Of a DNA stretch of 64,000 nt, positions 59,353 to 64,000 are shown in pieces (positions within the stretch are counted from its first letter, which is position 1; every line of letters begins with the position of its first letter). The notes beneath the pieces were generated by a model that was given only the letters and a program-made list of their open reading frames with translations, ran no database searches and was not told the DNA's origin. The stretch is from an uncultured candidate division Zixibacteria bacterium (GTDB lineage Bacteria; Zixibacteria; MSB-5A5; UBA10806; 4484-95): positions 320,001 through 384,000 of the forward strand of contig CAXXKA010000001.1 of NCBI GenBank assembly GCA_963668625.2, given 5' to 3'. A program made the translations under genes and the position numbers.

Positions 59353-60591
59353 ATGCCGATTTCCGTGAATAAAAAATCATTCAGTTGGGCGCTTTACGAT
59401 TTCGCCAATACTATGTTCTCGATGAATATCGTCTCGCGTTATTTCCCGGTGATGGTGGTGACAATGCTCGGCGGAAGCGATCTCGCTATCGGTGTTTCAA
59501 GGTCGGCGGCGATGGTGTTGGTGGCCCTGACAGTGCCTTTGTTGGGGGCGATTGCCGACCAGCGCAAAAAACGGCGCCTGTTCTTGATCATATTTACGAT
59601 TCTCTGCTGTGTTTTAACCGCCTTGCTCAATTTAAGCGGTAATTTGGTTATCGAACTGATACTATTCGGGCTGGCCATTTACTGTTTCCAATCGGCGCTT
59701 ACGTTTTATAACGCCCTTCTAACCTCGGTTACCACCCACGATAAGCTGGGATTCATATCCGGATTCGGTGTTTCGCTGGGCTATATCGGCAGTGTCACCG
59801 GGCTGTTTGCGGTTTCGATTCTGGCCGGAAAAGTTCTTACTCCATATCTCTGGACCGCGATATTATTTTTCTTGTTCTCGCTGCCGATGTTTTTCTGGGT
59901 CAAAGATATAGGGGAGAAGCCTGAAACAAAGATCGAACAACCGGCTATATATAATAAGGGCTTACTGGTTTCCCTCAAAAGAGCCTCGAAAATCCCCGGA
60001 CTTCTGAGATTTCTGATCGGCCGGTTTTGTATCGTAGAGGCGATGGAGACAGTGATACTGTTCATGTCGGTTTATCTGGTAAAAGCCGCCGGCTTTCAGG
60101 ACAATTCTACCACTACCGGTGGCCTGGATGAGGTTACCCTGTATTTAATCACGATCACGTTTTTCACTGTCATAGGCTCGTATGTCTGGGGTATGATGAC
60201 GAACAGGTTCGGCCCCAGGAATATGCTTCTATGGGCAATCGTACTCTGGCTGATTGCCTTGACCGGAATCGTTTTTTCTGATGATCGAATGCTGTTTTAT
60301 CTCTGGGGAGGTTTAGCCGGTGTTGGATTGGGGGGAGTCTGGACGGCGGATAGGCCGCTACTGATAAACCTTCTCAATGATGATTCCCGTCTGGGTGAAT
60401 TTTTCGGCCTGTATGCCCTTTCGGGAAGGCTGGCGGCGGTAATAGGGCCGCTGATATGGGGAACGATTATTTATTTTACCGGGTCGATGGGGAATATCAG
60501 CTATAAGTTCGCCATCGAGTCATTATTTATCATGATGGTAGTTGGTATGATAATTTTATGGAGGGTGCCGGATGCCAGGCACGTATCATGA
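59353..60591 (+). CDS. MFS transporter (UMF1/Atg22-like)
   Basis: 'SWALYDFANT', 'LGAIAD', 'FYNALL', 'GEFFGLY'. Confidence 0.92.
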   Translation: MPISVNKKSFSWALYDFANTMFSMNIVSRYFPVMVVTMLGGSDLAIGVSRSAAMVLVALTVPLLGAIADQRKKRRLFLIIFTILCCVLTALLNLSGNLVIELILFGLAIYCFQSALTFYNALLTSVTTHDKLGFISGFGVSLGYIGSVTGLFAVSILAGKVLTPYLWTAILFFLFSLPMFFWVKDIGEKPETKIEQPAIYNKGLLVSLKRASKIPGLLRFLIGRFCIVEAMETVILFMSVYLVKAAGFQDNSTTTGGLDEVTLYLITITFFTVIGSYVWGMMTNRFGPRNMLLWAIVLWLIALTGIVFSDDRMLFYLWGGLAGVGLGGVWTADRPLLINLLNDDSRLGEFFGLYALSGRLAAVIGPLIWGTIIYFTGSMGNISYKFAIESLFIMMVVGMIILWRVPDARHVS

Positions 60592-61627
60592 GCTTATAGG
60601 CGCTATTCATATTCACAGCAAATACTCAGATGGCACGCTGGCAATCCCCGAGATTGCCGCGATCGCCAATGAGGTCGGCCTCGATTTCATCATGGTTTCC
60701 GACCATATGACTCTTGAACCCCTTCACCAGGGGCTTGAGGGTTTTTACGGCAAAACCGCGGTTTTAATCGGCTATGAGATAAACGACAGTAATGACAAAA
60801 ACCATTACCTGGCTTTCGATATAGATAAAACATTCGAACCCGGGTTATCGGCGCGGGAATATGTAAGCAAGGTAAAAGAGCACGATGGCCTGGGTATAAT
60901 TGCTCATCCCGATGAGGTGCGAACCGAGCTCGCCAGGTACCCCGGTTATCCCTGGACGGACTGGAGTGTGGAGGGGTATGACGGGATAGAGATATGGAAT
61001 CATATGTCCCAATGGATGGAGACGCTCTCGCACTGGAACGCCTTGAAACATCTGTTTAGCCCCCGCCGGGCTTTGAAAGGCCCTACCGATAGGATACTTC
61101 GGAGGTGGGATGAGGTAAATATGCGCCGTAGAGTTGTCGGCGTAGGTTCCATTGATGTTCATGCCTATCCTTATAGAATGGGGCCGTTGCGTATAACTAT
61201 ATTTCCATATAAGGTACAGTTTAAGTCGATCAGGACTCATATACTGATTCCCGAACCGGCGCCGGATGATTTCGGTGAATTGAAAAAAAACATATACCGG
61301 GCTTTGCGTGATTGCCGCGTTTTTATCTCGAATTACCGGTGGGGGGATGCCTCTGGCTTTAGGTTTACAGCCTCAAATAAAAACGAAAATACCTCGATAG
61401 GGGGCGAGCTGACTCTGGAGGATAGTACCGAGGTAAATATTGCTTTACCCTCCGAGGCGAGAGTTAAGCTAATATGTAATAATCAGCAGATTTTCGATGA
61501 GTTCGGTAGGGCTTTCGATATCAATATTTCAAAGGCCGGTCTTTATCGGGTAGAGGTATATGTAAATGAAAGAGGTTGGATTTATTCTAATCATATAAGA
61601 ATCAAACAAAAAGAGGGTGAAACGTAG
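60572..61627 (+). CDS. PHP-fold metallohydrolase (CehA/McbA-like)
   Basis: 'HIHSKYSDG', 'SDH', 'IAHP', 'GIEIWN', 'DVHA'; C-terminal 'YRVEV...WIYSN'. Confidence 0.85.
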   Translation: MPGTYHELIGAIHIHSKYSDGTLAIPEIAAIANEVGLDFIMVSDHMTLEPLHQGLEGFYGKTAVLIGYEINDSNDKNHYLAFDIDKTFEPGLSAREYVSKVKEHDGLGIIAHPDEVRTELARYPGYPWTDWSVEGYDGIEIWNHMSQWMETLSHWNALKHLFSPRRALKGPTDRILRRWDEVNMRRRVVGVGSIDVHAYPYRMGPLRITIFPYKVQFKSIRTHILIPEPAPDDFGELKKNIYRALRDCRVFISNYRWGDASGFRFTASNKNENTSIGGELTLEDSTEVNIALPSEARVKLICNNQQIFDEFGRAFDINISKAGLYRVEVYVNERGWIYSNHIRIKQKEGET

Positions 61628-61678
61628 CTTAGGTAGAGGGGGGCTGGAACTACCTAAGCGAGGTGGTTTCACCCTGCA
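61604..61678 (-). ncRNA. Candidate small RNA: long hairpin with C-rich loop
   Basis: Upstream TTGACA-N17-TATTAT; two stacked 10 bp helices; U-rich tail. Confidence 0.55.
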
Positions 61679-61684
61679 ATACTA

Positions 61685-61713
61685 ATAATAAAAATCAGCC
61701 AAAAATTTGTCAA
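61685..61713 (-). promoter_or_regulatory. Near-consensus sigma70 promoter
   Basis: TTGACA (61713-61708), 17 nt, TATTAT (61690-61685). Confidence 0.65.
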
Positions 61714-61956
61714 GATAAATATTTATTAAATTGACATTAATTTTTTTAACTATATCGGATTTAAAAAGCTTAAATTTAGCTAACTTTACGATAAAAGTTG
61801 AGATAACCTTACCATTATTGATCAATAAGTTTACTAAGGCTTTAGACGACCGAGGTGTCCGTAATATAACTATTACTGAAATATATAGTTGTAGAATAAT
61901 TAACCTTAATGAAAATTATATATTGGTGTATACGTTACCTGTATTTCAGATTGAAA

Positions 61957-62160
61957 TCACGCGACGATATCTATTATAGATTTCTGCATGTCGTTGGCGG
62001 TTTTTACTGCAGCGATATTCGCGCTGAGTGAGTTTTCAGCTATTATCATACCGACTTGAGATTTCACGATATCAGCTTTGGGGCCTTTAGCGGCCTCCTG
62101 AGCAGCATTCTCCATCAAGCTAATGCTATTTCTTATTCCGGATATTGAACTGGCAAACAT
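61957..62160 (-). CDS. Mini protein resembling flagellar rod/hook terminal helices
   Basis: 'D.VKSQV.MI.A..S.SAN...VKTANDM.KSIIDI' as in FlgC/FlgE C-termini; GGGAG RBS. Confidence 0.7.
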   Translation of the reverse strand: MFASSISGIRNSISLMENAAQEAAKGPKADIVKSQVGMIIAENSLSANIAAVKTANDMQKSIIDIVA

Positions 62161-62343
62161 ACGATTCTCCCTATTTTAAGATATCATTACTATTATCGGA
62201 ATCGCATGCAGCAGAATTTAAATCAAGAGTAAAATAGTTTTAAAAAACAGCCGTTAATTGTTGAAAGTCAACCCACAAAGAGATATATAAGTCATAATCA
62301 ATCAATCAGATATAATAGAATTGTTGGATTAAATAAAAATCTC

Positions 62344-62376
62344 TTGACTTTATTTTACTAATTGGCTAAATAGCCA
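62344..62376 (+). promoter_or_regulatory. Promoter with ArsR-type inverted-repeat operator
   Basis: TTGACT-N17-TAAATA overlapped by TGGCTA-AA-TAGCCA. Confidence 0.7.
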
Positions 62377-62394
62377 TATAGGAAAGAGGTTGTA

Positions 62395-62715
62395 ATGAAT
62401 AATGATAAAATGATTGAACTTAAAGCCGAGGTGTTAAAAGCGCTGGGCCATCCCACCAGGCTGACTATCGTTGAGATGCTGGCCGAGGGTGAGAAATGTG
62501 TCTGCGAGATAAACGAGCATATCGGCGCCGACAGCTCGACGATATCCAAGCATCTCTCACTTTTGAAAAAAGCAGGTATACTATCCGACCGCAAGCAGGG
62601 GCTTAATGTGTACTACAAACTGGAGGTACCTTGCGTGATGAAATTCATCGGCTGTATCGCCTCGGTTATCGAGGCCAGGGTTAGAAAAGAAGTGGAGGCC
62701 CTGAAAACGGCATGA
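62395..62715 (+). CDS. ArsR/SmtB family regulator
   Basis: 'LKALGHPTRL', 'EKCVCE', 'STISKHLSLLK.AG'. Confidence 0.94.
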   Translation: MNNDKMIELKAEVLKALGHPTRLTIVEMLAEGEKCVCEINEHIGADSSTISKHLSLLKKAGILSDRKQGLNVYYKLEVPCVMKFIGCIASVIEARVRKEVEALKTA

Positions 62716-63890
62716 GAGGCCAGATAGCCAAATTCATATTAATACTCGCGGTTTTCCTTATCGCATATTTTATTCCGATCGGGGATTATCCAGACAGCAG
62801 CAGGATAATTAATGGCTTATACGAATCGTTGGCGATGTTACAGGAGTATGCCCGGGCACATGTACTTTTATGTCTGGTGCCGGCGTTTTTCATAGCCGGC
62901 GGAATATCCGTATTTATCCGCAAGGAATCCGTGATCCGTTATTTCGGCTCCTCGGCCTCGAACTGGTTATCATACTCGGTAGCCTCGATCTCGGGAAGCG
63001 TACTGGCGGTTTGCTCGTGTACGGTACTACCGCTTTTTGCCGGGCTGTATTCGCGCGGCGCCGGGATCGGGCCGACTACGACATTTCTTTATTCCGGCCC
63101 GGCTATTAATATTATGGCGATAATACTCACCGCCCAGGTGCTGGGGATGGAACTCGGAATAGCCAGAGCCATTGGCGCGGTCGCGTTCGGGGTAATTATC
63201 GGGCTTTTGATGAGCCTGATATTCGGGAAATCCGATCCCGAGGTAAAGGATGATACCGATGATTCTCTTGAATCATCAAAAACAAGGCCGTTGTGGCAAG
63301 AGCTGGTGTATTTCGGCTCGATGGTGGCTTTTCTGGTGTTCGCCAACTGGGCCAAGCCCGCCGGTGATTCCTCTGTCATGAAAATCATTTACGAAATCAA
63401 ATGGTATCTGGCCGGTATTTCATTTATCCTGCTGGCACTATCGATTATTCTCTGGTTCGGAAAAGACGAGCTTAGGGAGTGGTTTTCCTCAACCTGGATG
63501 TATGTCTGGATGATAATACCTCTTCTGTTTTTCGGCGTACTGGCTGCGGGATTTCTACTGGGTAGACCGGGTTTCCCGGCGCTGATCCCCACGGACTGGA
63601 TCGCCGGACTGGTTGGCGGTAATTCGATCTGGGCCAACCTGTTTGCCTCGGTAGCGGGGGCATTCATGTATTTCGCCACCTTAACCGAGGTACCGATACT
63701 CCAGGGTCTCCTGGGCGCTGGGATGGGTAAAGGCCCGGCCCTGGCGCTGCTTCTTTCCGGTCCGGCCCTGAGCCTGCCGAATATGCTTGTTATAAGGCAG
63801 GTACTGGGAACTAAAAGAGCTTTAACATTCGTATTTTTAGTGATATTAATTTCAACCTCAGCCGGAATAATTTACGGCAATTGGTTTTAA
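62712..63890 (+). CDS. ArsP/DUF318 family permease
   Basis: 'CLVPAFFIAG', 'VCSCTVLPLF', 'YSGPAIN', 'YFATLTEVP', 'GPALSLP'. Confidence 0.92.
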   Translation: MRGQIAKFILILAVFLIAYFIPIGDYPDSSRIINGLYESLAMLQEYARAHVLLCLVPAFFIAGGISVFIRKESVIRYFGSSASNWLSYSVASISGSVLAVCSCTVLPLFAGLYSRGAGIGPTTTFLYSGPAINIMAIILTAQVLGMELGIARAIGAVAFGVIIGLLMSLIFGKSDPEVKDDTDDSLESSKTRPLWQELVYFGSMVAFLVFANWAKPAGDSSVMKIIYEIKWYLAGISFILLALSIILWFGKDELREWFSSTWMYVWMIIPLLFFGVLAAGFLLGRPGFPALIPTDWIAGLVGGNSIWANLFASVAGAFMYFATLTEVPILQGLLGAGMGKGPALALLLSGPALSLPNMLVIRQVLGTKRALTFVFLVILISTSAGIIYGNWF

Positions 63891-63905
63891 AACGATGGAG
63901 GATGT

Positions 63906-64000
63906 ATGAAAATTCAGATATTCGGCGCAGGCTGCGCTAAATGCAGCCGAGCCGGGCAAATAATGAAAGAGACCGCCGTTCAACTGGGACTTGTAGAGGG
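63906..64000 (+). CDS. Small redox-active disulfide protein (Thioredoxin_3-like), truncated by window end
   Basis: Translates MKIQIFGAGCAKCSRAG...; usual partner of ArsP permeases; not in the ORF track. Confidence 0.8.
   Translation, partial: MKIQIFGAGCAKCSRAGQIMKETAVQLGLVE

Noticed and set aside
61731-61979. 82 aa ORF in AT-rich gap
   Set aside because: TTG start without RBS, low-complexity composition, overlaps a convergent gene

Overview
Chromosomal DNA of a diderm bacterium, mostly housekeeping operons with AT-rich, repeat-laden intergenic gaps. Several secreted proteins end in a 'YPNPF' T9SS-like tail, and the gene order purB-psd-pssA-purS-purQ is present. Together these suggest an FCB-related candidate lineage such as Zixibacteria (inference only). 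Main blocks: two ECF sigma/anti-sigma pairs; tandem Fur genes; ecfT-truA-tal-purB-psd-pssA-purS-purQ-tatA; nadA; acnA; a mevalonate operon with an HMG-CoA reductase/mevalonate kinase fusion; tRNA-Ser(CGA) with an adjacent TIR gene; a RelE/HTH toxin-antitoxin pair between direct repeats; a 13 kb operon (fadD-like to a TonB-type receptor); and an ArsR/ArsP-type operon. Less ordinary signals: a 254 bp MITE with a perfect 9 bp TSD that carries a REP doublet, a second hairpin-rich MITE family, a candidate ~75 nt sRNA with its own promoter and terminator, a candidate structured RNA beside the tRNA, and a divergent IscU-like protein. No CRISPR array, rRNA, transposase or prophage was seen. Family assignments come from motif recognition by eye, not database searches.
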